NCBI GenBank assembly: GCA_965372715.1
Contig: CBDVDH010000004.1
Coordinates: 1 to 64,000 of the forward strand
Length of the DNA: 64,000 nucleotides
Origin: an uncultured bacterium
Lineage (GTDB): Bacteria; B130-G9
Reading direction: 5' to 3'
Shown here: positions 55,203-64,000 of the stretch, piece by piece
How positions within the stretch are numbered: position 1 is the stretch's first letter
Layout of the letters: every line of letters begins with the position of its first letter
Translations under genes and position numbers: made by a program
The notes under the pieces: generated by a model
Databases searched by the model: none
Told to the model about the DNA's origin: nothing
Seen by the model: only the letters and a program-made list of their open reading frames with translations

Positions 55203-57359
55203 TTAGCGAGCACTTAGGGAGAGGACCCTCCCGTCCATCGAAGACGGCGGGGCAATGCCGAGTATCGACAGCGCAGTGGGCGCGAGGTCCAGGATTGTGG
55301 GCCGGCCCGTTCGGATTGGGCGGTTGCAAAGCAGAATCCCGGAACTTATCGCAACGTCGAGCGAGCAGTGATCGCCAGACCACTTCTTGTTGTTATTCGC
55401 GAAAACGTCCGGCGAGACGCCGCCCAGAGTGCTCTGCCACGAAACGCGATAACCGCTTGCCATCCCTACCTGAAGGTCCGGCGCCTCGTCAAACTGGTTT
55501 CCGAAATAGATGTCGTCGCGGTCATAGACGGTCCTCACGGCGACGGCCCCGGTCTTCGGGTCCAGAAGGCCGGACAGTCCCCTCACAAGTTCCTTCTTGA
55601 GCGATCGATACTCCGCGCCAGGCCGCACGGCGCCGAGAGCCTCCCGTCCCTTCAGATTGACGTAAATCTGCCCCAGGCCAAGCGCGTATGCCCTTGTCCG
55701 CTCAAAATCGACATTCGGCCAGAAATCGCCCCGGCCAAATAGGGCCTCAAGATTGAAATCCTTGCCGCCCGTCCCCGCGAACTGCATGTAGCCGTTCCGA
55801 ACGAGCCACGTGTTGAGGTTGATGCCCCGCCTGAAAGGATGAAACCCGTGGTCAGAGAGAACCATAACTGTGGTGTCCGAATCGGCCTTGCGCAACACCT
55901 GGCCAATGACGTCATCCATGCGCCTGTAGGAGTCAAGAATCGGGTTGCCAAGCCGCGCTTCGAGCTGCGGGTCGTAGAGCGTGTGCTCCTTGTCAAGCAT
56001 CCGAAAGAACGCGTGCTGCACGCGGTCTGTGCCCGAAAAGAGCATGAAGAAGAGATTGTTCGGCAACTCGTCAAGAGCGAAATCAAGCATTCGCTTTCGT
56101 GCCTCGAACGTACTCACTGCATCCTGCAAGAACGTCTCGTCCGAGAGCTTGCCCTCGTTGAGAGCCATCGTATCAATGGCCCAGCCCTGCGTCTTAAAAA
56201 GGCCAATCTGCTCGGCAAGCTCCCTCGAAAACCGCCTCGGCCGGGAGATCGGCATAACTGGGTCGGTCGGATCGATATTGATCGGCGTCATATAGACGCT
56301 GACCTCAGGTGACACCGACTCGAGGTAGAAACGCGCAATGCCTCTCGCCGAGGCAAACGCTGTTACATCGAACTCAACCGGCACGAATTCCGACCACTGG
56401 CCGAGCCGCAGACGGACCTCTCGTCCGGCGACTTTCACAACGAGCTCATCGCTGCCTACCCGCCGGAACGTAATGGGCGCGACAAGGATTGGCCTACGGG
56501 CCTCAAGTTCACTCCGCCGCCGCAGAAGCTCGGCCTTGTCCTCCCGAAGCTGGCCTAGACGTCTCGGGCTTGCGGGTGATGCTGCGATCTCGCCATCGAG
56601 CGCGGCCAGCTCCTTCGCGAGCTTTTCCTTCTGCTGTAAAAGGACGGGGTCCCACGGCCCCTGGACCTCCGCTCTCGCGACGGCGCCGCGGAAGTCGAGC
56701 TTGATGAGTTTCCCTCCCATCTCGGTGTCCCCGATTTGAGCTCTCGAAAGCCCCGTCGAGAAATAGTGATAGGTTCCCTGAGTGCCCCGCAAATCGGGCA
56801 CGCCGAGACCGGAGAGAATGTAGCCGCCCTCTAGCTCCTCTGGCTCGAAACTCACGGGCGCGAGCAGAGCCGCCGATCGTACCCCGTGCTCGCTCGCGAT
56901 CTTCCAGAACGACTTGCCTCGTCGGCCGCACACGGCCCCGGGCGCCTCAATCGGGATGGTGTCAAACAGAAACCTCGGCCGCCTGGGCTGCGCAATGGCA
57001 ATGTGTGGCGAGTAGGTCTGAGGGTCCCGCTTGAGGAAATCGAATATCCCGTGCTTGCCGGGGTTGCACCCGGTCACAAATGATGCCCAAGCGACTGGCG
57101 ATTCGGGCGGATTCGTCGTGCCAAGCCTTCGGTAGCCGCCCAGGCGCATCAGCTTTTTGACGTTGGGGAGCAGACCTTTCTCGGCCCAGGGCTCCAGGAG
57201 CGATGGCGAGACGCCATCGAAGCCCAATATGACCACCTTTTGGCGCAGCTCCCGCATCCCCCTCGACTCGCACCCGCTCAACCCCGCAAGCGAGCCGAGT
57301 CCCGCCGCGGCGCCTGCGCCTCCAGCGAGCCGCAAGAACTCTCGTCTGCTAAGCTTCAT
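55203..57359 (-). CDS. Tat-exported alkaline-phosphatase-superfamily (nucleotide pyrophosphatase/phosphodiesterase-like) protein
   Basis: SRREFL twin-arginine motif, lipobox-like LSGC, GFDG, SPVAWASFVTG.NPGKHGIFDF, DRVQH, SDHGF, SGDH. Confidence 0.9.
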   Translation of the reverse strand: MKLSRREFLRLAGGAGAAAGLGSLAGLSGCESRGMRELRQKVVILGFDGVSPSLLEPWAEKGLLPNVKKLMRLGGYRRLGTTNPPESPVAWASFVTGCNPGKHGIFDFLKRDPQTYSPHIAIAQPRRPRFLFDTIPIEAPGAVCGRRGKSFWKIASEHGVRSAALLAPVSFEPEELEGGYILSGLGVPDLRGTQGTYHYFSTGLSRAQIGDTEMGGKLIKLDFRGAVARAEVQGPWDPVLLQQKEKLAKELAALDGEIAASPASPRRLGQLREDKAELLRRRSELEARRPILVAPITFRRVGSDELVVKVAGREVRLRLGQWSEFVPVEFDVTAFASARGIARFYLESVSPEVSVYMTPINIDPTDPVMPISRPRRFSRELAEQIGLFKTQGWAIDTMALNEGKLSDETFLQDAVSTFEARKRMLDFALDELPNNLFFMLFSGTDRVQHAFFRMLDKEHTLYDPQLEARLGNPILDSYRRMDDVIGQVLRKADSDTTVMVLSDHGFHPFRRGINLNTWLVRNGYMQFAGTGGKDFNLEALFGRGDFWPNVDFERTRAYALGLGQIYVNLKGREALGAVRPGAEYRSLKKELVRGLSGLLDPKTGAVAVRTVYDRDDIYFGNQFDEAPDLQVGMASGYRVSWQSTLGGVSPDVFANNNKKWSGDHCSLDVAISSGILLCNRPIRTGRPTILDLAPTALSILGIAPPSSMDGRVLSLSAR

Positions 57360-57421
57360 TTGATGGCCATTTGGCTTGGCGTGTCTTCATGGATCGCGCC
57401 CATCCGGAGCAGACTCGGGCG

Positions 57422-58153
57422 TCAAGGCTTGGGACCTTCGTAATCGTGCTGGTCGGGTCTCGGGTTGCGACCCATGCCGAGGAGCACGATGAGATCGATA
57501 ATCGAGATGAGGTGCGCAACGCCGACGGCAAGGACTGTGTATTTGACCTTGCTGCTCAGGAGGGAGCCCACGAGGGCGTAGATGTTCGTCCTCGGGAGGT
57601 TCTGGTAACCTCTTGCCGTTACGTCAAATCCCTCATCCAAGGGAACGGCGAAGAACGTAACAATGCCCGCAAGGATGACGAGCAAGAAGAAAGCGGCGCC
57701 GCGAGCCGGCCGTCCCATGCGGAAGTGTCCGGCGCCCGGGAAAAACAAGCCCGCGATGAAGGTGAACATGCCAGGCGAGTACCCAGCACGTCGCTTTCTG
57801 TCGCGCTCCGACATTTGCTTCAACTTGGGCGAGGCGCTGTATTTGATCGCGTCCTGCACGTCCTTGTGCTGCCTTGCGGCCCAGAACTCGTTGTCGTCCG
57901 GCTCGGGTTCTTGCCAGTTGTCGGCGTTGCGTGGGGCACGAGCACGCGGCCCATCCTCCCGGCGGAGGTCCTTGACCGAAAACGCCTCGTTCTCACCGCG
58001 ACGTCTCTCGAATGAGCGATCGTGGGGAGGTTCTGCCTCGCTCTCAGGACTGATGGTTCTGGTGTCGATCATGTGGTGGCAGCACGGGCAATCGATCAGC
58101 ACCTCGCCCATCGCATCGAATCTGTGGCCACACTGGGGGCATCTGATTTCCAT
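57422..58153 (-). CDS. zinc-ribbon-containing membrane protein
   Basis: CPQC..CPCC N-terminus, PGAGHF..G...RG membrane motif. Confidence 0.7.
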   Translation of the reverse strand: MEIRCPQCGHRFDAMGEVLIDCPCCHHMIDTRTISPESEAEPPHDRSFERRRGENEAFSVKDLRREDGPRARAPRNADNWQEPEPDDNEFWAARQHKDVQDAIKYSASPKLKQMSERDRKRRAGYSPGMFTFIAGLFFPGAGHFRMGRPARGAAFFLLVILAGIVTFFAVPLDEGFDVTARGYQNLPRTNIYALVGSLLSSKVKYTVLAVGVAHLISIIDLIVLLGMGRNPRPDQHDYEGPKP

Positions 58154-58166
58154 AGAGGCTATTTAA

Positions 58167-58233
58167 CCACGAATTGCCACGAATAGCGCGCCGGGCACAA
58201 TCTACATTCGTGCTCATTCGTGTTCATTCGTGG
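58167..58233. repeat. inverted short-period repeat hairpin
   Basis: ccacgaat x2 ... attcgtg x3. Confidence 0.75.
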
Positions 58234-58243
58234 CTAAAGGCTA

Positions 58244-59104
58244 CTATTCGATGGTCTCGACCGATTCTTTGGGCAACCAACCAGAGAGACCCGTTTCGAT
58301 GCTTATCTGATGCCAATCGTCCTTAGTGGTCTGAATGCGGACCTTCGTGCCACTGTGAAGCTCAAAGACCTCGGCAAACTCCTCCCTGGGGCCGCTCCTG
58401 GCCTTCACGGCTTCTGCGACCACGATCCCCAAATCACGTGCGTTGAAAGCGCGAGCCTTGATTGCGGTGTTAGTCCAACAGAACACGGCTAGAATGAGCA
58501 AAACCGCACCAATTCGCACGAGTATCCGCCGGGCAGCTTCTCTTCTTGCCCTACTTCCTTCGCGCTTCGCCTCATCTTTCAAAAGGATGACAGCGATAAC
58601 CACGGCCATGAGCGCCAAGTAGAGTGAGAGCGAAATAGCCGTCCATTCGTTGACATTGAACAGCGAATAGATGTCCGCAAAGAGCTGTGCAAGAACGTTG
58701 CGCTCGGTCGGCTCGACCTTGTCGAGTATTCCCGACCGTGCTAAGTCCAGGTTATGCGTAATGGACGCATCGCGAGGCGCCATCTGTTTCGCCCTCTCGT
58801 AGTATAGGATTGCCCGTCCGAGGTCGCCCATTCTGAAGTAACAGTTGCCGAGGTTGTAGAAGAGGTGTGGGTTCTGCCATCTGGCCAGCGCCGCGGCGAG
58901 GAACCTGTCCCGTGCGCCCGCGAAGTCATCCTGCTCATAGTGGTCGCAGCCGTCGTTGTAGAGCTCAATTGTAACGTTGGGATCGACCTGAACCCTAGCG
59001 TGCGACGCCGCCGGACAGGCCATTACCGCGATGATTACAAAGAGGGCTGTTCGCCGCAATCCCTCAGCGAAAGGTCTGACCGAGTTGGTGGGGCAGATCA
59101 TCAC
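58244..59104 (-). CDS. batE: BatE-like TPR + SH3 protein
   Basis: YNLGNCYFR..DLGRAILYYERA, HNL, two TMs, RSGP..LHSGTKV..GWLP. Confidence 0.85.
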   Translation of the reverse strand: MMICPTNSVRPFAEGLRRTALFVIIAVMACPAASHARVQVDPNVTIELYNDGCDHYEQDDFAGARDRFLAAALARWQNPHLFYNLGNCYFRMGDLGRAILYYERAKQMAPRDASITHNLDLARSGILDKVEPTERNVLAQLFADIYSLFNVNEWTAISLSLYLALMAVVIAVILLKDEAKREGSRARREAARRILVRIGAVLLILAVFCWTNTAIKARAFNARDLGIVVAEAVKARSGPREEFAEVFELHSGTKVRIQTTKDDWHQISIETGLSGWLPKESVETIE

Positions 59105-60936
59105 GGGCGCTGCTCTCCTCCCTTCATTGGCGCAATCCCATGTAGTATCGAGATCGCCTCGTCAACCTTCGACAGCACGCTTCGCATTTCCTCTGTCGAG
59201 CTCTTTTGTGCGGAGAAGCGATAAAAGTCGCACACTTCTATACACTTTGAGGTGAGCGACGCAGCGCGTTTGCCGTCGTCCGAATCGCCGATCAGGGAGC
59301 TCACTGTGAGAGCCGAAACGCCCGGCGCTGGCACGTCAAATCTCTTCGAGACATAGTTTATGAGTGATTTCGCGACCTGCGAGTAGAAATCCTGAGGCGC
59401 ATCCGGATTCATCAGTGGTTTTGCCTTTGTGAGGCCCCGCATCGCCTCCTTCCTCGTGCTTCGCAGCCTGTCGCCGCTGAGGAGCTTCTGGGCCAAAACG
59501 CCCCTTATACAGAACCCGGCTGCGACAAGGCCGGGCAACAGAACCAACAACAGCGTTATTCTTCGCTTGTAGAGGTCTTGTCGGAAATCCTCAAAAGCCG
59601 TCATCTTGGGTCTTATGTAGTGGATGTCCGTGCCGGTTTGCAGGACGTCGGCCCTCTTCAGCAGGCCGGCCAATGGCGCTTCCGCCGATTCCGAGGCTGT
59701 CCCGGTAACGGTCAATTCGATCGGACGGGTCTTGACCGTTCTATATCTTGCGGCGCTCGGGTCGAAGAAGGAGAAACTGACTGAGGGAATCACCTGCGAC
59801 CCAGGCTTTTTAGGAACCATGACGAATTCAAACGACTTGGCGCCTTGAATAGGTGACTTCCTCCGGTCAACGCTTTCCTTTATGTTCGGCTCATAAACGT
59901 CGAAACCCTCGACTTGGGTCTTCGGAATCTGCTGGATGGTCTTCACGTTGCCCGTGCCCCAGACTCTGACCTCGAGCGTTATTGGTTTTCCCACCTTGAC
60001 GCCCTTCTGGTCAACCGTCGAGCTAATCGAGAACTGGCCAACTGTGCCGGAAAAACCATTCGGAGCGCCTTCCGGAAGCGGTTTCACTGTAACATCGATT
60101 GGCCTAGTCTCGAGATGACGCGGTCGCTGTAAGCCTCGCCGGCGAAACGAGAAGCCGGGCGTGAAGAACGTGTCAAGTGTGCACTTGAGGGACGCCGGGC
60201 CAATCGTCTGCAAGCCTGTCTTCGTGGGGAAGAGCGCTGTAGTCAACTCCTCAACTCTAAAGCGCTTACCGCGAACCACAGTCGTGTATCTGTTCTGACC
60301 CTCGATATCCTCTTTCCAGAAGTTGGTGCAGCCCGGCGCGGTGTAGTCCGCCGACCCCAGGTCGTATCTCGAGAAAAGCCTGAACGTCAACGTCAGCTGC
60401 TCGCCCAGGAACAACTCGTCCTTGTCAACCTCCGTCTTGATGAAGATGTCCTCATCGCCCGCAGTCTGCGGTTCCGGCTCGCCCGCGCGCGGCTGCCGGC
60501 CAGAACGCGGCTCTGCCGGCGACTTTGGTTTCGATTGGTGCTCCAAAACCTCAATCTGTATCGGCTTCGTCCGAACCGTCTTGGGACCGGCTCGCGCTCG
60601 TATCGGCGGGATTCTTAGCACGCCGACCCTTTCAGGTTGAAGCACGTAGCGATAAGTCGTGCTCGATTCGATCTGCATGTTGATTACGGTCACGCTGCGG
60701 GACTGTGACTCGGAAACTACCGTGAAATCATCCGAGAGGTCCGGCAGCTGGGGCTCCCCGTCGATGCCGCTTGCAGTAACGACCAGCGTGATCTGATCGT
60801 CGATGAATAGCGTGCTCTTGCTGACCGTGGCCTCGAGCGACGCTGAGCCAGCCCACGCTGAGCCACCCAAGGCCGAAAACACTACAATCGCAACGAACAG
60901 CACTGCCCGAGGGCGTGGCGGCCTCAATTCAAACAC
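59101..60936 (-). CDS. batD: BatD family protein
   Basis: Signal peptide, GEQLTLT, ALFP, VKPLP..P..FSGTVG.F, GTGN, FSFFDP, C-terminal TM; GTG start 1 nt after the batC stop. Confidence 0.85.
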   Translation of the reverse strand: MFELRPPRPRAVLFVAIVVFSALGGSAWAGSASLEATVSKSTLFIDDQITLVVTASGIDGEPQLPDLSDDFTVVSESQSRSVTVINMQIESSTTYRYVLQPERVGVLRIPPIRARAGPKTVRTKPIQIEVLEHQSKPKSPAEPRSGRQPRAGEPEPQTAGDEDIFIKTEVDKDELFLGEQLTLTFRLFSRYDLGSADYTAPGCTNFWKEDIEGQNRYTTVVRGKRFRVEELTTALFPTKTGLQTIGPASLKCTLDTFFTPGFSFRRRGLQRPRHLETRPIDVTVKPLPEGAPNGFSGTVGQFSISSTVDQKGVKVGKPITLEVRVWGTGNVKTIQQIPKTQVEGFDVYEPNIKESVDRRKSPIQGAKSFEFVMVPKKPGSQVIPSVSFSFFDPSAARYRTVKTRPIELTVTGTASESAEAPLAGLLKRADVLQTGTDIHYIRPKMTAFEDFRQDLYKRRITLLLVLLPGLVAAGFCIRGVLAQKLLSGDRLRSTRKEAMRGLTKAKPLMNPDAPQDFYSQVAKSLINYVSKRFDVPAPGVSALTVSSLIGDSDDGKRAASLTSKCIEVCDFYRFSAQKSSTEEMRSVLSKVDEAISILHGIAPMKGGEQRP

Positions 60937-60937
60937 G

Positions 60938-61735
60938 CTACCAATCCTTCTCCACGGAGGAGGAGCCGATCGCCTTCTTCTGCAGATTCTTCTCAACCTG
61001 CTCCTCCTGCTGCTCAAGCGCGGCAAGAATCTGCTCTATCTGGTCCTTCGTCAACTCCTGAGTCCGCTGGTCTTGACTCTGCTCCTCTTTGGGCTCTTTC
61101 CGTTCCGCTTCCTGCTCTTGCTGCTCTTGCTCGTCTTTCTGTTGCTGGTTTTGCTGTTCGCCACGATCCGACGGCTGTTGCTCGTCCTTTTGCTCCCGCC
61201 GCTCCTGATCCTCGCTCTGATCGCTCTGCTTCTGCTGCTCCTGGGCCTGCTTCGTCCGCAGCGCGATCTCAAGATTGAACCGCGCCTCGTCATCATTCGG
61301 GTCCCCTAGGAGCACCTTCACATAAGCCTCAACCGCTGCCTCGAGGTCATCCGCTTTGAACGAGGCGTTGCCCACATTGAACGTCGCGGATTGCGCCAGA
61401 GTGGCCGGCGCATCCTGCGAGGCGACCTTGTAGCCTGCGAGCGCATCCTCGAACCTGCCCTGCTTATAAAGGACGTTGCCCATGTTGTATTGCAGCTCAG
61501 GCGAGTCGGGCATGCCAACCTGTGCAGCGGTGATCTTGGCCAGCGCCTCGTCCAGCTTGTTCTCTTCGTAGAGGTTTACGGCCTGCTCGGCCTCCTGGGA
61601 GGCGGCGTCCTTCCAAGAGAGCCCGGTCGTTGTTGCCCAGACTCCCGTCAAAACGAGAACGATGAAGCATTTAGTCAGCGATTGGCGTACAAACATGGCC
61701 ACACACGTATTCTGGTCCGTCCCCATCGTCGTCAT
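60938..61735 (-). CDS. batC: BatC-like TPR protein with Q/E-rich tail
   Basis: YNMGNVLYKQG, FNVGN, ARFNLE, Q-rich linker, ends EKDW. Confidence 0.85.
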   Translation of the reverse strand: MTTMGTDQNTCVAMFVRQSLTKCFIVLVLTGVWATTTGLSWKDAASQEAEQAVNLYEENKLDEALAKITAAQVGMPDSPELQYNMGNVLYKQGRFEDALAGYKVASQDAPATLAQSATFNVGNASFKADDLEAAVEAYVKVLLGDPNDDEARFNLEIALRTKQAQEQQKQSDQSEDQERREQKDEQQPSDRGEQQNQQQKDEQEQQEQEAERKEPKEEQSQDQRTQELTKDQIEQILAALEQQEEQVEKNLQKKAIGSSSVEKDW

Positions 61736-62784
61736 TGAACGGCGCGCTTGGCCCTAGTGGGCAGCAAGACCGCCACCACGATAACTAATATAGCAAGTAG
61801 TAGCGGGTATTGAAACCTCTCGTTGTAGATAGTGTAGGTTCTGGACTGAAGCTCCTTAGTCGCCATGTCAGAAATCGCAGCCCAAACGGGAGCCATGCTC
61901 CCCGCCTGGCCCGTCATGGGCACGATCTTGCCGCCTGTCATGTCGGCGACCCTTGAAAGACCAGTCAGATTGAGCCTCGAGATGACGACGCTGCCGTCCC
62001 GAGCCTTCTGGTACTCCTTGAGCTCGCCCGATTCTGAGCGCACTGGGAGAGGCGCGCCCTTCCCAGTTCCCACGCCAACCGCGTGTATTACAACGCCCTG
62101 CTTAGCCGCTTCCCTCGCCGCGACCTCGAGGTTCCCGGAATGGTTCTCGCCATCGGAGAAAACGACCAGCGCCTTGTACTTCCTTTCGCCGGCGCTGAAA
62201 AGATTACACGCCTTCTCAATCGCGGACGGAAGCGCCGTGCCGCCCAGTTCCACCGAACCCACCTGCACGCTGGAAAGGAACATCGCAAACGCGCCGTAGT
62301 CCATCGTCAGCGGACACTGGACGTGCGCCTTTCCCGCGAACACGACCAGCGCCACGCGATTGCCCTCGAGTCGCTCGAGCAGCCGAAAGACCTCAAGCTT
62401 TGCTCGCTCATACCTGCTCGGTGCGATGTCCTCCGCGAGCATGCTTCTGGATGTGTCAAGCAGGACGACCACATCGACGCCCTCCGCCGAGAGCTCAACC
62501 GTTCGCTCCCCGAACCTCGGCCCAGCAAGCGCCATCAGGACAAGCGCGATGGCAACAATATAGAGCCCGGCCTTCAGCCTGCAACGGGGCTGATCGACCG
62601 ACTCGACAAGACGGCCCAGAACCGAAGTCCTGGCGAATCGGGACAATATCCGCGCAGACCGCCGCTCGGACCAGCGATAGAAAAGCACGAGAAATGCAAC
62701 TGCCAACGGAATAAGGTAGAGGTAGAGAAGATTCGCAAAGCCGCTGTCAAGCGCCGCAGAAATCCTCTCAAACAAGTGACTCAT
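61732..62784 (-). CDS. batB: BatB-like VWA domain protein
   Basis: DTSRSMLAEDI.PSR, FAG.A...PLT.D, SDGENH, GVGT..G.P.P, ERFQYPL; start reassigned to 62784. Confidence 0.88.
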   Translation of the reverse strand: MSHLFERISAALDSGFANLLYLYLIPLAVAFLVLFYRWSERRSARILSRFARTSVLGRLVESVDQPRCRLKAGLYIVAIALVLMALAGPRFGERTVELSAEGVDVVVLLDTSRSMLAEDIAPSRYERAKLEVFRLLERLEGNRVALVVFAGKAHVQCPLTMDYGAFAMFLSSVQVGSVELGGTALPSAIEKACNLFSAGERKYKALVVFSDGENHSGNLEVAAREAAKQGVVIHAVGVGTGKGAPLPVRSESGELKEYQKARDGSVVISRLNLTGLSRVADMTGGKIVPMTGQAGSMAPVWAAISDMATKELQSRTYTIYNERFQYPLLLAILVIVVAVLLPTRAKRAVQ

Positions 62785-63115
62785 TACCCCTGCCCGATTC
62801 GTTTGGATACGACCGCATCCCTCCGCGGCCATCTGTTTAACAAGTGGTGAGCCAAACTGTTCTGACGGGTCTGCTCCTGGCGTAATCCACGGGTACACAG
62901 CGACCGCGAATTTTGGATATGTGCGCAAATGTGTCTAGTATCCGTCAGGTTGACATTGGACATGCTGCGGCGCTTCAATTGTGTATAATCGCTATCTTGG
63001 TTACGACCGGTTAACGGGAGGAACTCGTCTGTGGCGCAGACCCGTGAGTATCATCCCTGATATATGGGATTGATTTCGCGGCGCCACCTGATTCTCGGTT
63101 AGTGGGAATGGGGTT

Positions 63116-64000
63116 TTGAGCCAAGAGGACACGAAGGCCGTGAAGGGACTCCGCATTGCTTTCTGGTTTAGCTTCGCCACAATGGCAGCTGCTCTATTCC
63201 TGCTCATCGACATCCAGCTCACCCACGGATCCTGGGTCGCCGGCAGCATATTCTCGGACTTCTCAAGGGCGTATCGTCCCCTTCTTCTGACGCTTCTCTT
63301 CGCGATCGTGGCCGCAGCCTTCGCATCGGTCCGGCTGGATCGGACCTGCGGCCGAGACAGACCGGTTTTCAGGACAGTCGTCGATCGGATACGTAAGCTC
63401 TGGGCACGGGCCGCGCTCGAAAGTCCCGTCTGGGTCAAGATCGCTGTCCCGGTTCTTTCGGTCCTCTTGCTGCTCATCTTCCTGCCCTCGCTGAGCCAAG
63501 ATAACATCGAGTACAGGGCGATGACCATTCCGTCCTGGCCACCTGAGGCGCCGCAGCTGATTGCCGAGTCGCGGGGAGAGAGGACGCAGGGATACTCGCG
63601 CGTGAGGCTCGGAGACGAGGTTCGCTACCTGCGCGAAGTGGGCTACCATATAGTGCTGCTGGATTGTGTGACCGAGAAGGTCTTACGACAGGCGCACTTT
63701 CCCCCGAACAATCCTGAGGAGTCGATGTCGCTTGTGGAGACGCTCGGCGACCTCCCTGATAATACGCTGGCCGTCCTCGTCGGGCACGGCCGCGCCTCTG
63801 ACTGCATTATCCCGCAGCTGGCAGCAATGATGTCACAGCTGGGCTCCGACACGACCAGAGAATCGCTCGGGCCAATGGGGCATCTTCTGCTCCTACGGCG
63901 TTCAAGTGGAACAACGGAGTTGCTGGCTGAGATCACGGGTCACCACATCGTCTTAGCCTTGAATCCGAACCTTGCCATCAGAATATACCTTTTGCTCAGG
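63116..64000 (+). CDS. membrane protein, partial (runs off the window), with ILEI/GG-like domain (tentative)
   Basis: Translated by hand: open frame from TTG 63116 with three hydrophobic segments, then GYHIVLLDCVTEKVL...LGDLPDNTLAVLV...SQLGS; absent from the ORF track, as expected for a frame with no stop in the window. Confidence 0.6.
   Translation, partial: MSQEDTKAVKGLRIAFWFSFATMAAALFLLIDIQLTHGSWVAGSIFSDFSRAYRPLLLTLLFAIVAAAFASVRLDRTCGRDRPVFRTVVDRIRKLWARAALESPVWVKIAVPVLSVLLLLIFLPSLSQDNIEYRAMTIPSWPPEAPQLIAESRGERTQGYSRVRLGDEVRYLREVGYHIVLLDCVTEKVLRQAHFPPNNPEESMSLVETLGDLPDNTLAVLVGHGRASDCIIPQLAAMMSQLGSDTTRESLGPMGHLLLLRRSSGTTELLAEITGHHIVLALNPNLAIRIYLLLR

Noticed and set aside
62950-62989. Perfect TTGACA and TATAAT as a single promoter
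   Set aside because: The hexamers are 28 bp apart, too far for one sigma70 promoter

Overview
A 64-kb chromosomal segment from a GC-rich, probably diderm bacterium; the lineage cannot be assigned from the sequence alone. The backbone is housekeeping: lnt, hfq, miaA, two CNNM/CBS proteins, thiL, an amidase, murI, an EF-G paralog, spoVG, queD, gatB, a Na/Pi cotransporter, a lipoate ligase, rph, rpmB, a glmM-like gene, smc and batB-E. An accessory zone at about 10-40 kb interrupts it. Four things stand out. (1) An array at 25.7-30.8 kb of two-gene cassettes: a near-identical 270-bp block is followed by a variable C-terminal module and an overlapping, variable, secreted partner gene, with remnants of further cassettes. 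The layout resembles orphan polymorphic toxin/immunity or cassette-exchange loci, but I do not recognise the protein families. (2) A translationally coupled ABC-ATPase (DUF3696-type), PIN-like nuclease and RNA ligase cassette, a candidate defence system. (3) A single ORF fusing a receiver domain, an HD-GYP domain and a GlmU-type uridyltransferase, just upstream of an enlarged GlmM-like mutase. (4) Many small palindromic repeats: GTAG-type REPs, a MITE-like element with IS1182-like ends that carries a REP doublet, and elements that sit in-frame in genes or supply stop codons. I found no rRNA, tRNA, CRISPR array, transposase, integrase or reverse transcriptase. All calls come from reading motifs by eye, and mismatch counts are manual.
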